Part shown: positions 25,801-36,152 of the stretch, one piece after another | How the letters are laid out: each line of letters opens with the position of its first letter | How positions within the stretch are numbered: position 1 is the stretch's first letter | Virus genome (UHGV): UHGV-0125767 | Length of the DNA stretch: 43,378 nt | From: a virus | Strand: one strand, 5' to 3' | Notes under the pieces: generated by a model | Seen by the model: the letters and a program-made list of their open reading frames with translations, nothing else | Databases searched by the model: none | Told to the model about the DNA's origin: nothing | Translations under genes and position numbers: made by a program

Positions 25801-27702
25801 TTATCTATATTTATCTCTAATGTAGTACATACCTTTTAATCCTACTTTTTTGTATAAGCTACTAATAGTTGTAGCTTGGAAGTTACACCATTCAATCGCA
25901 GTAGCGTATTGCATGTAACCAGGGTTTTTAGGGTTCCAACGCATTCTATATAAGGTATTCTTACCTTTGTTAAAGTATTGTTTCCTAACGAACTTAGCAC
26001 CACCTATAATACCATTACGTGGACTAGTCCAACCTTGACGTCTAGCGTAAGCTATAGAAGCGTTAGGGTTGTTATCATATGCTGCAATACCAAAGTAGTT
26101 GTAGATACCATAACGTCCACTAGCAAAGTTACTACGGCCATATCCACTTTCTAAGAAAGCGTGAGCAATTAAGTAGATTTCATTTACATTGTACTTCTTA
26201 CAACCGTCTGCAAAAGCTTTTCCTTGTCCGGATAAAGTACCTTTGCCTTTAAGTATCTTATTTAATTTACTTACTGGTATACCTTGATACTTACCTAAAT
26301 CTAGCATTTGATAACGTTGAGTTGAACTATTCCATATAGTGTTAGGATTCATATACTTACTTGTTTGTGACCTAGAAGCATTGCCCCAACCCCAACTATA
26401 AGATTTTTGAGGCATGCCATGAGCCATTTGTGCATTAAGCGCTTGTTGGAAAGTATATTTACTTTTCTCTACAACTACACGAGGTTTATTTGAAGTTCTG
26501 TTTGTCGTTTTGCCTGTCGACTTATCGTTCTGTGAAGGATTGTCGACCGAAGTTTTAGGTTTAATTTTTATCGTTGTCTTTGTAGTTGTTGTAGTAATTG
26601 TTTCTGTAAGTAATTTATCTCTTTTCAAATATAAACCGATAATTTTCTTCTCGACTTCTTTATATTTACTTTCATCAGGAATACCATTTTTGATTAAGTC
26701 GTAATTGATTAAATCTTTCATAGAACGCCATATGTTAGGATCTGCTTTGATTGACGACTCAGAAAGTTTCACCTTACTCCAACTTAGCAACCAAACGCCG
26801 TAGATTAACGCTCTGATTTGATTGAGCATGAATTGGCGTTTACTATCCGTTTGTCCTCCGCAAACTTCCATAACAAGCCAACCTGGATGTTCTGGTGCTT
26901 CTTCTGAATCAGGTCTAGGTGTCCATACACGCTCACGGTCAATATATACATGAGGGTATTCATCTTCATTCACATATTTATTACGTTGTAAATACAATTC
27001 TTCAACAGAACGCATATGTGTACTCTCTTTGATATATATACCTTTTACCTTCCCTATCAACTTTTGCCCTTCAACCATATAATGATAAATATATTCCAAA
27101 TCATCGTCTAAATCGTATGCGAATGATGTATAGGAAACTTTGGTAATCTCTTTAGTTATAGGTTTTGTTTGTTCTTTTGTGTTTTTAGAAGTGTTGTCAT
27201 TAGAAGGTTTGGACGGTGTACTACTTGGTTTCGATGGTTTCTTAGTTTCTGCGTGGTAGGGAGGTCTGACAAATCCGCTTATACCGTTATAACTATGTTT
27301 AATTTTCGCGCCAGGTGATCCTGTATAACTATTAGCACCAATCCAATTTTGATCCACACTAGTAAAGTAACTTTTGGTAGACGGACCTATGACAACAGCA
27401 GTATGACCAACACCGTTATTAAAGGAGCCCTTTCCCCAAACTGCCATGTCACCAGGTTTCGGAACAAAGTTTCTAGTGTTCCTATAGAATTTGAAGCCTT
27501 TAGGGTATCTATACCATGCCATAGCAATCGCATTTCCTGTTGTTTTAAAATGCCAATATCTATTGAAAATGTAGTTTGGTAGGTCCCAACACTGGGCGCC
27601 ATAATAACCATCTACATCAACTCTTCTGCCAATCATCCTTTTTGCCCATGCTGCAACTTCCGAAGCAGTAGGTTTTCTTTTTTTAGGGCTAGGTAATCCC
27701 AT
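25801..27702 (-). CDS. virion-associated peptidoglycan hydrolase: N-terminal CHAP + C-terminal glucosaminidase
   Basis: 633 aa; CHAP (GAQCWDLP, GHTAVV), Thr/Lys-rich linker, C-terminal LytD-like glucosaminidase (YLIAHAFLESGYG). Confidence 0.85.
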   Translation of the reverse strand: MGLPSPKKRKPTASEVAAWAKRMIGRRVDVDGYYGAQCWDLPNYIFNRYWHFKTTGNAIAMAWYRYPKGFKFYRNTRNFVPKPGDMAVWGKGSFNNGVGHTAVVIGPSTKSYFTSVDQNWIGANSYTGSPGAKIKHSYNGISGFVRPPYHAETKKPSKPSSTPSKPSNDNTSKNTKEQTKPITKEITKVSYTSFAYDLDDDLEYIYHYMVEGQKLIGKVKGIYIKESTHMRSVEELYLQRNKYVNEDEYPHVYIDRERVWTPRPDSEEAPEHPGWLVMEVCGGQTDSKRQFMLNQIRALIYGVWLLSWSKVKLSESSIKADPNIWRSMKDLINYDLIKNGIPDESKYKEVEKKIIGLYLKRDKLLTETITTTTTKTTIKIKPKTSVDNPSQNDKSTGKTTNRTSNKPRVVVEKSKYTFQQALNAQMAHGMPQKSYSWGWGNASRSQTSKYMNPNTIWNSSTQRYQMLDLGKYQGIPVSKLNKILKGKGTLSGQGKAFADGCKKYNVNEIYLIAHAFLESGYGRSNFASGRYGIYNYFGIAAYDNNPNASIAYARRQGWTSPRNGIIGGAKFVRKQYFNKGKNTLYRMRWNPKNPGYMQYATAIEWCNFQATTISSLYKKVGLKGMYYIRDKYR

Positions 27703-27752
27703 ATATCCACCTCATTTCTGGCATAATAAAAAGTCGATACATAAGTACCGAC

Positions 27753-28199
27753 TTAGTTTCCAAATAGCAAAGGGGCAATTACTTTACTTAGTGTTTCTAA
27801 TAGTGCGAATGCACCTACAAGTATAGCGCCTAAAGTTTTATTAGATAATTTCCTTTCTTCCAATATAAATTGCTTATCTTCAATCTTGCTATCTAATGTT
27901 TTTCTGATATCCCTTACTTCTTCGTTAACTTCTTCAAAACGCCTATTTGTATTAGAATTTGATTGCCTCAACTCTTTCACAAGTCCTTCTATGCTATTCG
28001 CCATTCTATCCGTATTTTTTTCAGTGTTAGCAGATGTACCTTTTAATTCTGTAATAACTTGTATCGTTTCCGTATATCTATCGTCATGTTTTTCATCAAC
28101 TTTGTATAACTTTTCAGTCGTTTTATCTATATTAGTTTCGGCTTTATCCATACGTTTTTCTAAGCTAGTAATTCTTTGTTCTTCTATTGTTTTTTGCAT
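27753..28199 (-). CDS. coiled-coil protein with C-terminal TM anchor (XhlA-like architecture)
   Basis: 148 aa; long heptad-rich region then LGAILVGAFALLETLSKVIAPLLF. Confidence 0.3.
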   Translation of the reverse strand: MQKTIEEQRITSLEKRMDKAETNIDKTTEKLYKVDEKHDDRYTETIQVITELKGTSANTEKNTDRMANSIEGLVKELRQSNSNTNRRFEEVNEEVRDIRKTLDSKIEDKQFILEERKLSNKTLGAILVGAFALLETLSKVIAPLLFGN

Positions 28200-28627
28200 A
28201 AAATCAAAACTCCAATTGCAACCAAGATGATTTGTATGATACCAACACTCAAATTAATGTAATAGGTCGTGAACATCTCTGCACCACTTACTGACAATAA
28301 ACCGAAAAGTATATGGATGAAACCACTTAAACTATTACCTAAAACGATGAATATAGCATATGCTTTACCATCTAAGAACATCGCTGCAATAAGAATGAAT
28401 GAACCTATTAACATAAACCAACCCATAGTCTGAATGTCAAAATAAAGACTTATTTTGGTATACAAAGGAGATATTTTTTCTAGTTCATCTACCGTTTTAT
28501 CAATCCACTCTAAGCTTCTTATTCCACCTGTAACAGCTAACAATAAAAGTAAAAGGTTGGACATTAAGTCTGATGTGTTTATTTTCTTCAAGGTTAATAC
28601 ACCTACTTCACTTAAAATAAAAACCAC
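28184..28627 (-). CDS. polytopic membrane protein (4 predicted TM segments)
   Basis: 147 aa, hydrophobic stretches throughout. Confidence 0.35.
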   Translation of the reverse strand: MVFILSEVGVLTLKKINTSDLMSNLLLLLLAVTGGIRSLEWIDKTVDELEKISPLYTKISLYFDIQTMGWFMLIGSFILIAAMFLDGKAYAIFIVLGNSLSGFIHILFGLLSVSGAEMFTTYYINLSVGIIQIILVAIGVLILCKKQ

Positions 28628-28772
28628 AAGCTATTTAACTTGTGGTTCGTAATCTTTACCTGTAGTTTCTTTAAATTGTTCCGGAGTAATCCAACCAACT
28701 CTAACAAACTTTTTGAAAGTTTCGTCAGTGTATAATTTTTTCTTATATAAATCGATTACTACTTTATCCATA

Positions 28773-29132
28773 TTATGCTTCCCCCAATTTTTGATTTGCT
28801 TGTTCTTCAGTTATTAGTGCGATGTTCTGCTTCAAACTCATAACCTCTTCTTGTAAATCGACAACTAAGCTAGTTAATTTAGCTATAGCAATATCTTTGT
28901 CATCAACAGGAATTTCTACTTCAGGCAACATCTTTTCTAGCTCATCTTGGGTTTGTCCAACCCATTGTTTACCGTCATAATAGCAAGGTAAGATGATACC
29001 TTGAGGAGGTTGGTTCTCTGTCCATTTTTCATCAGGATAAACATATTCATCTTCTTCGTTTTTGTGAACAATAATTGCTTGTCCATTTTTCCATAAATAA
29101 ACTACTTTCATTTCATCACTCCGTCCATTCAT
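28773..29132 (-). CDS. hypothetical protein
   Basis: 119 aa. Confidence 0.3.
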   Translation of the reverse strand: MNGRSDEMKVVYLWKNGQAIIVHKNEEDEYVYPDEKWTENQPPQGIILPCYYDGKQWVGQTQDELEKMLPEVEIPVDDKDIAIAKLTSLVVDLQEEVMSLKQNIALITEEQANQKLGEA

Positions 29133-30648
29133 ATTGACCGTAAATATAATCTGTATCAGTCCACGCTGATGGATCTACAGTAGCGTCAAAATTCACTGTT
29201 CCTGATGTGTTCAACGAAATACGTCCGCTGTTTTTGTTTCTAGGTGCACTTATTGAGAAAAACATTAAGTTTTTGACGAATTCTTTAGGTAAAAGTGCAA
29301 TAGTCTGTCCATGTTTGATAGTTGTAGCATTAATGCGTAACATTTTCTTAGTAACTCCATTTTGTGTGATTGTTCTGTACGCACTAGTAAATCCACCTTT
29401 GGAAACTAAGTCGTTATGAGGTGACGCACTGTTCACTAGTTGTAAATCAATCCAACCAGTATCTACAACGTCAGAACCTACACGTTCCCATTCGCTCCAA
29501 CCGTTATAAAATCTCTTTTGGTATATAACAGTCGAATTATAAGGTTGATAACGTATAAGCATAACGCCACTTTTTCTTTCGTACTTTGTTAGCCAACCGT
29601 TACTGTTAGTGTTATCTGGGTTATTGGAAGTCCGAACGACATATCTTGTGCCAATGGATAAATTTATTAATTGTTCTCCATCGTCAAAATCTACTTGTAG
29701 GTCAGCATCATAAAAATTAGTTCCATCATCATTAGTGAGTTTGTGCTTTTGCCAATTAGCTTCTGTGAACTTTTGTTCAACATACGCTGGCGTTGTAAAA
29801 CCGTCATTCTCAAGAGTTCCATTAAACGCATTAATTTTTTCATCAATCGTTGCATTAGCTTGATTAACATTAGAATTAAAAGCGTCCACATTGCTATCGT
29901 AAGTTTTTTTGAACGTATCAGAAGCTAAATCATATTCCGTCTTGATAGCGTCACGTTTAGCATCTATTTGTCTTAAGGCTTCTTCTCTCTCTAAGTCAAT
30001 ACTTTCATTAGATGACATTAATGCGTCTGTAATTGAAACAATAGCGTCTGCTTGAGCTTTGTTTATCTTAATTAGATAATCTTCAGCTGTTTGTCTTATA
30101 GTTTCAATCAATGTTTGTGTATCGCCTATATCTTGCTTAAGTTGTTGCACTTTCTTTTCTAATTCAGAGCGCAACTCATCAAACATGCGAATGTAAGATA
30201 CTTTAATGTCGCTTTCGATTTGATTGATAAGACTGTCGCGTACCGTGAATTTAAAAGTACCTAACACAACAGTATCGTCTTTTCCCACATTGTTTACATC
30301 GTTGAGCGATAAATAAATTTCACCCAACACTTCAGAGTCGACAACGTTTTTTAAAAACCATTGTGGTACTGTAATCCCAATTATCCCTTTCATTGGATCA
30401 ATGAATTCTACGTCTAATACACCTGATGTACTAGGTCGTTTTTCTTCTGTTCCGTTCGCAGCTTTAAAGAAAGCATAACCTTTAACATTCTTATCGCTGA
30501 TTAACAAAGGTTTGTTGTCTTTTTGTACTACAAATTGAAATTTAGCAGTGTTTTTATCGAGATTATAAAAACCGATACCTCTATTAGATATCGGTTGTAA
30601 ATATGGTTCTTCGTTTAAATCAAGTTTACCTACTTTTTCTAATTCCAT
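29116..30648 (-). CDS. tail fibre / baseplate upper protein
   Basis: 510 aa, position downstream of the RBP, central coiled-coil segment. Confidence 0.45.
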   Translation of the reverse strand: MELEKVGKLDLNEEPYLQPISNRGIGFYNLDKNTAKFQFVVQKDNKPLLISDKNVKGYAFFKAANGTEEKRPSTSGVLDVEFIDPMKGIIGITVPQWFLKNVVDSEVLGEIYLSLNDVNNVGKDDTVVLGTFKFTVRDSLINQIESDIKVSYIRMFDELRSELEKKVQQLKQDIGDTQTLIETIRQTAEDYLIKINKAQADAIVSITDALMSSNESIDLEREEALRQIDAKRDAIKTEYDLASDTFKKTYDSNVDAFNSNVNQANATIDEKINAFNGTLENDGFTTPAYVEQKFTEANWQKHKLTNDDGTNFYDADLQVDFDDGEQLINLSIGTRYVVRTSNNPDNTNSNGWLTKYERKSGVMLIRYQPYNSTVIYQKRFYNGWSEWERVGSDVVDTGWIDLQLVNSASPHNDLVSKGGFTSAYRTITQNGVTKKMLRINATTIKHGQTIALLPKEFVKNLMFFSISAPRNKNSGRISLNTSGTVNFDATVDPSAWTDTDYIYGQYEWTE

Positions 30649-33314
30649 TATTTAGCACCCCACAATACTAATGCTATTGCACATCCACGTTCTTCAGTGT
30701 ATTCAGAAGTTATTTTCATGACACGACCTTTACCATTCACATTATCTTTATATCCTACACCTGCTCTACCGTTGATATAGTCGCCTGGTATAACGTCTTT
30801 TTCAATGTTCGTGTAGATTTGACCTAATAATCCGACTACATTCCATTCAGGTCGTTCTGAACGTGATTGATAATCGATTTTGTCGTTATATTCAGGGTTT
30901 TCTACTGGTATGTCACGCCATTCGAAAGAAACATTTCCTTCATCGTCTACAAATTCAACTTGTTTTCTGTTTGTAATCGTTACTCCATACTCATTTTTTA
31001 AAAATCTATCTTTATGGTGGAATGTTTTTTCATTTGCTACCAATGCAGCAGTTCCAGATATAACGCCAATTGGTGTGTCATTAGGTTGCGCTTTTCTTAT
31101 CTTATCGCCGTCTAATGTAACGATAGTTCCTAAATCGATTGCTAATCCATTTTGTGACTCAAATAACTCTGCGATATCGGCACTATCTTGTTTAAGTTGA
31201 CCGGCTAAAGTTAAGTTTCCTGAATAAGTGCTTAAATCAAATTTAATGTTAGATGTAGAAGCATTACCACTAGAACCATATCCAGCGACAACATGATAGT
31301 TACCAGGTGACTTAACACGATTACTATTAAGAATTAATTGTGTGTGTCCTGACTTGTCTGTTTCTGAATTTAACGAGTTGATAATACCACTACGTGATCC
31401 ATAAGATTTGGAGTTAGCACCAGAACCTAATACAAAGCTACGATTACTGTATGCTTTCGAACCACCTGTTGACGCAATAACTGCACTAGCATTAGCTACG
31501 CCTGCACTTCCTGTAGACGCTATACTAGCACCACCTTTTCCAACTGTAGGAGGTGTGTCGTATTTTTCGCCGGCTATCCATGCAGGTGTTGAATAATTGT
31601 TTGCTGTGATACCACTAATCATAGCGTGGTTATTTGTCAAACGTAATCCTATGCCCGAACCATTACCGTGTAAGTTACAATTAGTTATTTTAGTATCGTA
31701 TATTTTACTTCCAACACCGATACCGATATTGTTAGATGAATTCCAAATATTGATATTGTTTAAAATAACTCTTGAAGGTCTATTACTTCCACCGAACAAT
31801 CTAATATCAACGTCTGCATTTTTAAAGTTACGAACATTGATGTTGTTGAACGAGATGTTTTCTGCCATGAATTGAACAGCAATAGCAGGTTGTTTTTTGT
31901 CTAGTTTTCCATCTTCTAATATGCCAAAATCACTAGTACCTATAGCTGTGAAGTTGTTTACAGATACATTTCTATATGCACTGATTACTAATGCTCTTGG
32001 AGTAGACCCTGGATAAACGCCATTGAATTTAGGGTTAAGCGCTAAACAGTTATTAAGCGAAACATCATATGCAGTTAAACTTTTAGAATCTGTTTTAGCA
32101 TTATGATGTCCGATATGTCTAATGTTGTACGCTCTTGTATCTTCGATTGATACATGGCCGTTAACAAACACACCACTTGCTGCACTTGCGTTACTATGCG
32201 CTTTAATTTCTAACCCACCAAAGTTGCCTTTAGTTCGGTTATTCGATAAGAAAACATATTGCGAGCCGTCGTCAATTTCTATACCGTTATTATTGCTCCC
32301 TCCAGTTGGAGTGTGCGCATAGGAATTAGAAATTGTGATGTAACGAGAATGGTGGGTAGTAATACCGTCATCTCCACAACCATACGCCTCACAATTATCA
32401 ATGAATATATGTTTACTTTCTAACGAGTAAGGTACGCGATTGCCGTCACCCTCGTAATAATAATTGTCGTTTGCATATGTTACGTCGATACAGTGAAGTA
32501 AAGCGTCATACGACTTAACGTTGTAAATGTAACCGTTAGTTACACCTGCAAATCTAATGTTAGATGAGCGAGAACCACCGGATGCTTTTAATGTTTTGTT
32601 TTGTCTAAACTTATTTCCGTTAAAAGAAAAACTTTCTAATGAGATATTCTCTGCACTACCACTCATTTTTAAATTAGTAATACCAATGTTTTCTGCAGGT
32701 GTTTCGTCCATAAATTTAATTGTAGTAATGTCTTTACCTTGTCCAACTAAACGAGAGTTGTTAGGCATTTTAATACCTGTTGTAAGGTAAGTACCACCAC
32801 TCATGGTTACTTGTACGTTACCGTTGCCTAATGCATCTTGGAAAGCTTTTGTACTGTCCTTTTGACCTGTGGGATCTCCACCAAAGTCGTCAACATTAAC
32901 AATACGTTGTATTTTTTTAGTTAAGTCTGCTCTTAGTTCTTCTCTAGCATTACTTTCTCTTAAAAAGTCGTGATATAGACGTTGATGTAAAGAATCGAAA
33001 CTTTGAGCGTCCATTGATGTGTGACTTGCTTTTAATTCATTGTTACCGTCGCCATTATGACCTAACACAAGATGTTCAATAAGTTCGTCTTGAAAGTTCT
33101 CATGATTGGATAAGACAACATCTTGACCTTTTGTAGTTTTGTGTTTGATTTGTTCAGTTGTATGTGCATTTTTTTGAGTGGTTAAATGCTCGTTAAAGCT
33201 ATCATCACTTTTATTAGTCCAGTATTTTATTTGTTCGAAGTTGTTTTCAAGTTGACTTACAAACTTTTGACTAAAGTACGAGTGAAGTTTCGTAATTAAA
33301 TTGTCTAATTTCAA
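30648..33314 (-). CDS. receptor-binding / tail fibre protein with pectate-lyase-like beta-helix
   Basis: 888 aa; repetitive N/G/S-rich beta-helix signature (NNCEAYGCGDDGITTHHSRYITISNSYAH..), Gly/Ser-rich fibre region, C-terminal ~120 aa possible intramolecular chaperone domain. Confidence 0.55.
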   Translation of the reverse strand: MKLDNLITKLHSYFSQKFVSQLENNFEQIKYWTNKSDDSFNEHLTTQKNAHTTEQIKHKTTKGQDVVLSNHENFQDELIEHLVLGHNGDGNNELKASHTSMDAQSFDSLHQRLYHDFLRESNAREELRADLTKKIQRIVNVDDFGGDPTGQKDSTKAFQDALGNGNVQVTMSGGTYLTTGIKMPNNSRLVGQGKDITTIKFMDETPAENIGITNLKMSGSAENISLESFSFNGNKFRQNKTLKASGGSRSSNIRFAGVTNGYIYNVKSYDALLHCIDVTYANDNYYYEGDGNRVPYSLESKHIFIDNCEAYGCGDDGITTHHSRYITISNSYAHTPTGGSNNNGIEIDDGSQYVFLSNNRTKGNFGGLEIKAHSNASAASGVFVNGHVSIEDTRAYNIRHIGHHNAKTDSKSLTAYDVSLNNCLALNPKFNGVYPGSTPRALVISAYRNVSVNNFTAIGTSDFGILEDGKLDKKQPAIAVQFMAENISFNNINVRNFKNADVDIRLFGGSNRPSRVILNNINIWNSSNNIGIGVGSKIYDTKITNCNLHGNGSGIGLRLTNNHAMISGITANNYSTPAWIAGEKYDTPPTVGKGGASIASTGSAGVANASAVIASTGGSKAYSNRSFVLGSGANSKSYGSRSGIINSLNSETDKSGHTQLILNSNRVKSPGNYHVVAGYGSSGNASTSNIKFDLSTYSGNLTLAGQLKQDSADIAELFESQNGLAIDLGTIVTLDGDKIRKAQPNDTPIGVISGTAALVANEKTFHHKDRFLKNEYGVTITNRKQVEFVDDEGNVSFEWRDIPVENPEYNDKIDYQSRSERPEWNVVGLLGQIYTNIEKDVIPGDYINGRAGVGYKDNVNGKGRVMKITSEYTEERGCAIALVLWGAK

Positions 33315-33328
33315 AGTTTTTGACCTCC

Positions 33329-35185
33329 TTAGCCATAAAAACCGTAAAAGTTTTTAACTAGTTCATACATAATGACTTCGTGCCCTTTTTCGTTAGGGTG
33401 TACACCGTCAGGCATGCTCGATTTTCTGTATGAAGGTATATTGGGTTTGAATTGTGTTGAGTGATAAGCGTCATACACAGGTATATCTAACTCATTACAA
33501 GCGTCTATTTGAACGTCTACATAGTCAGCTAACGTGTAACCTAAATCGTTCTTAGTGGTGTCTTTTCGGACAACCTTACCGTCTTTTATATAACACTGTT
33601 TTGTAGGTGTCATGACGATTATTTTTGATTTAGGGTTATTACTCTTAATTTTAGAAATGGCACTATAAAAGGCACCGTAAAACGTTTTAATGTCCGTTTT
33701 ATCAGTGCCTATCTTAATATCATTTGTCCAATCATCATCTGTACCTTGAACAATGATTAAATCACCTTTAATTTTAGTTGCTTGTTCATAAATGCTATTA
33801 TCTTTGTTTGTGCTTATTGTCGCACCACTAACAGCTAAGTTTGTTGATTTAGCTTTTATCTTCTTAGCTAACATTTGCGTAAAGTTAGTTTTAGCACCAG
33901 TACCTTTAGCTACTGAATCTCCAATAGTACCTATTGTTTTAACTTTCCTAATTTTAGACTTAGGTGTAAAGTCGTGAACAATCGTACCATTTGCAGTTGT
34001 AACACTTTTAGCATGTGCGCTTTCTAATCTCTTTTTAATGTCATCGGTTTTCTTTTGTAAATCTTGTGTTGTTTTAGTGTTAGCTTGTGTTTGTGCTTGC
34101 ATTGACCGTAAATCTTTCGCAGGATCAGATTTGTTAGATTTAATAGCTTTAACATAATTTGCAGCAGTATTTACTGCTTTCATATATCTATCTTGTAATC
34201 TAAATTCTCCAAGTACTACGTCTTGCTTGATAATTTTATTGTAAATATCTCTATGAGTAGTAATTTCGATAATTCTAACAAATTCATTTAACCCTATTAA
34301 ATCGTCAACTACATTCACAATATCTCCAACTCTAGGTACTGCTTCTTTAAAATGTTTTTGTAAAGATATGAAGTCTAGGGTTACAGATGTTTTTAAACTT
34401 TCTTGTATAACTAGCTCCATAGCTTTTTTGAGTGTATCACCCTTTGTCATACGTCCATCTACAACAGGTGGCGCATGTCGTTTACCTATAAGGTCAGCTA
34501 AGGGGTGTGTGTACTCATATTGCAAGCTAGCTTCGTTAAAAGTTTGTTGATCGTCAAAACCACCATAACCTCTGATGTAGGTATAACATTTAGAAGCGTC
34601 CTCTTGCACCTTTACATTGTTAGCGTTAACGCCTGCTTTGATATAATAGTCAGCCTTACGTTGAACAACATCGAACAAGTGAAAAGTCTTTGTTTTAGGT
34701 TCGTATTCGTACTCTAGGTCGTAACGTTCTAAACCTTTTTTGAATAGTTCTAAGTTTGTATCATGGTTACCTAGATTTTCAAATTTAGACGATGAAACTT
34801 TAGCGTGTAATTCATACTTATAACCCGTATCTTTAAAAACTAAATCAAAGTACCTTTTTCCTGTAAAACTACCGTTATATACTTCATACACTCTTAAATT
34901 GTTTAGGTCATCTAATTCAACAGGACGTGCTTTGATTGTTAACTTTTCTTTTTGTCCTACAGTCGTTTTATCTAACATAACGATACGGTATTCATTAAGG
35001 TCATCTGCACCACCAACACCTGTAATCGTCCACATTTTAGTAATAGCCCCTATAGCGTCGAATGTAGCTTTGTTTTCTACCATTTCTATTTCTAAGGAGC
35101 CATCTTCATTTAATTTCTCGTTTAATTTTGTTTCTACAGGTAGGGATTGCCCAATGCCCTGTAACGTTTTTAATAATATTGGCAA
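33329..35185 (-). CDS. tail-associated protein Tal (prophage tail endopeptidase N-domain) fused to SGNH/GDSL hydrolase
   Basis: 618 aa; C-terminal GDS motif (IGTIGDSVAKG) and DGVHP catalytic His block of SGNH esterases. Confidence 0.6.
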   Translation of the reverse strand: MPILLKTLQGIGQSLPVETKLNEKLNEDGSLEIEMVENKATFDAIGAITKMWTITGVGGADDLNEYRIVMLDKTTVGQKEKLTIKARPVELDDLNNLRVYEVYNGSFTGKRYFDLVFKDTGYKYELHAKVSSSKFENLGNHDTNLELFKKGLERYDLEYEYEPKTKTFHLFDVVQRKADYYIKAGVNANNVKVQEDASKCYTYIRGYGGFDDQQTFNEASLQYEYTHPLADLIGKRHAPPVVDGRMTKGDTLKKAMELVIQESLKTSVTLDFISLQKHFKEAVPRVGDIVNVVDDLIGLNEFVRIIEITTHRDIYNKIIKQDVVLGEFRLQDRYMKAVNTAANYVKAIKSNKSDPAKDLRSMQAQTQANTKTTQDLQKKTDDIKKRLESAHAKSVTTANGTIVHDFTPKSKIRKVKTIGTIGDSVAKGTGAKTNFTQMLAKKIKAKSTNLAVSGATISTNKDNSIYEQATKIKGDLIIVQGTDDDWTNDIKIGTDKTDIKTFYGAFYSAISKIKSNNPKSKIIVMTPTKQCYIKDGKVVRKDTTKNDLGYTLADYVDVQIDACNELDIPVYDAYHSTQFKPNIPSYRKSSMPDGVHPNEKGHEVIMYELVKNFYGFYG

Positions 35186-35198
35186 TTAAGCAACCTCC

Positions 35199-36137
35199 TT
35201 ACAAGTAATATCTTTTGTGTTTAAACGTGATTTTTTGAAGTTTCTTAGTAGTATGGAAAGTGTTCCAACCAGGCATTAATACAGGTTGTTGTTTTGTCTT
35301 GTTGTAATCATCAATACGTAAGTTATTACGATATACATGGATACCGTCAAATTTTATAACATCTCCTGCTTTCAACTCTAAACCACTTATTTTCATAATG
35401 TCGCTATGTGTCATGTAGAAGTTGAAACCGTCACTATCTTTTTTGCTAACGTTTTCTCCTAGAACCATTTCTACAACACTATCTTGGTTAAATTGATTTA
35501 TTTCAGCTGTACCACCGTAATATACATCGCCCACTTTAGTATCATAGAATGTGTATCTACGTTCTTTATGAGATGTGTTGAACGGGTTTTTGTCTGGAAT
35601 ACCCCATTTATTCAAATTACCACTCTCTTTTTCTAAATCTGTACTATACCCAATACTCTCAAAGTATGGTAATTCAATCGTTTCGAAATCTAGTGTGAAT
35701 TCACCTGACGTTTTAGTAGTATCGAATGACACTTCATTAACTAAGCCAACAAGTATCTGCCTACCGTCAACATATTCTAGTTCAAAAGATTGTTCCTTAG
35801 GTTCGAATATATTCTCGAATTTAATTTCACTTTCGGATGCTGCTAATTCTCTAAGATAAAAATGACCTCTTAGCATGGCTTGTATGTTCGCTTTTAAATG
35901 AGAAGCATAAGCTATCTTTTCTACATCGTACCTAACCGTCATAGATATACTTTTCTTTTCTTCTTTAGTAGCATTATGAAATCTACCGTTAACACGATCA
36001 ATTTCATCAAACTTTCGGTCATAGCCTGCACCTTTAACATCGTAAGAAACAACTCTCAACGCAGTACCAGTAAAGCGATTGTTACTAATACGCAAACGTT
36101 CTTTATTTTTGTATACCTCAACATCATGTAATATCAA
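35199..36137 (-). CDS. distal tail protein (Dit, siphovirus tail component)
   Basis: 312 aa immediately after TMP. Confidence 0.55.
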   Translation of the reverse strand: MILHDVEVYKNKERLRISNNRFTGTALRVVSYDVKGAGYDRKFDEIDRVNGRFHNATKEEKKSISMTVRYDVEKIAYASHLKANIQAMLRGHFYLRELAASESEIKFENIFEPKEQSFELEYVDGRQILVGLVNEVSFDTTKTSGEFTLDFETIELPYFESIGYSTDLEKESGNLNKWGIPDKNPFNTSHKERRYTFYDTKVGDVYYGGTAEINQFNQDSVVEMVLGENVSKKDSDGFNFYMTHSDIMKISGLELKAGDVIKFDGIHVYRNNLRIDDYNKTKQQPVLMPGWNTFHTTKKLQKITFKHKRYYL

Positions 36138-36152
36138 TTAACAATCACTCCT

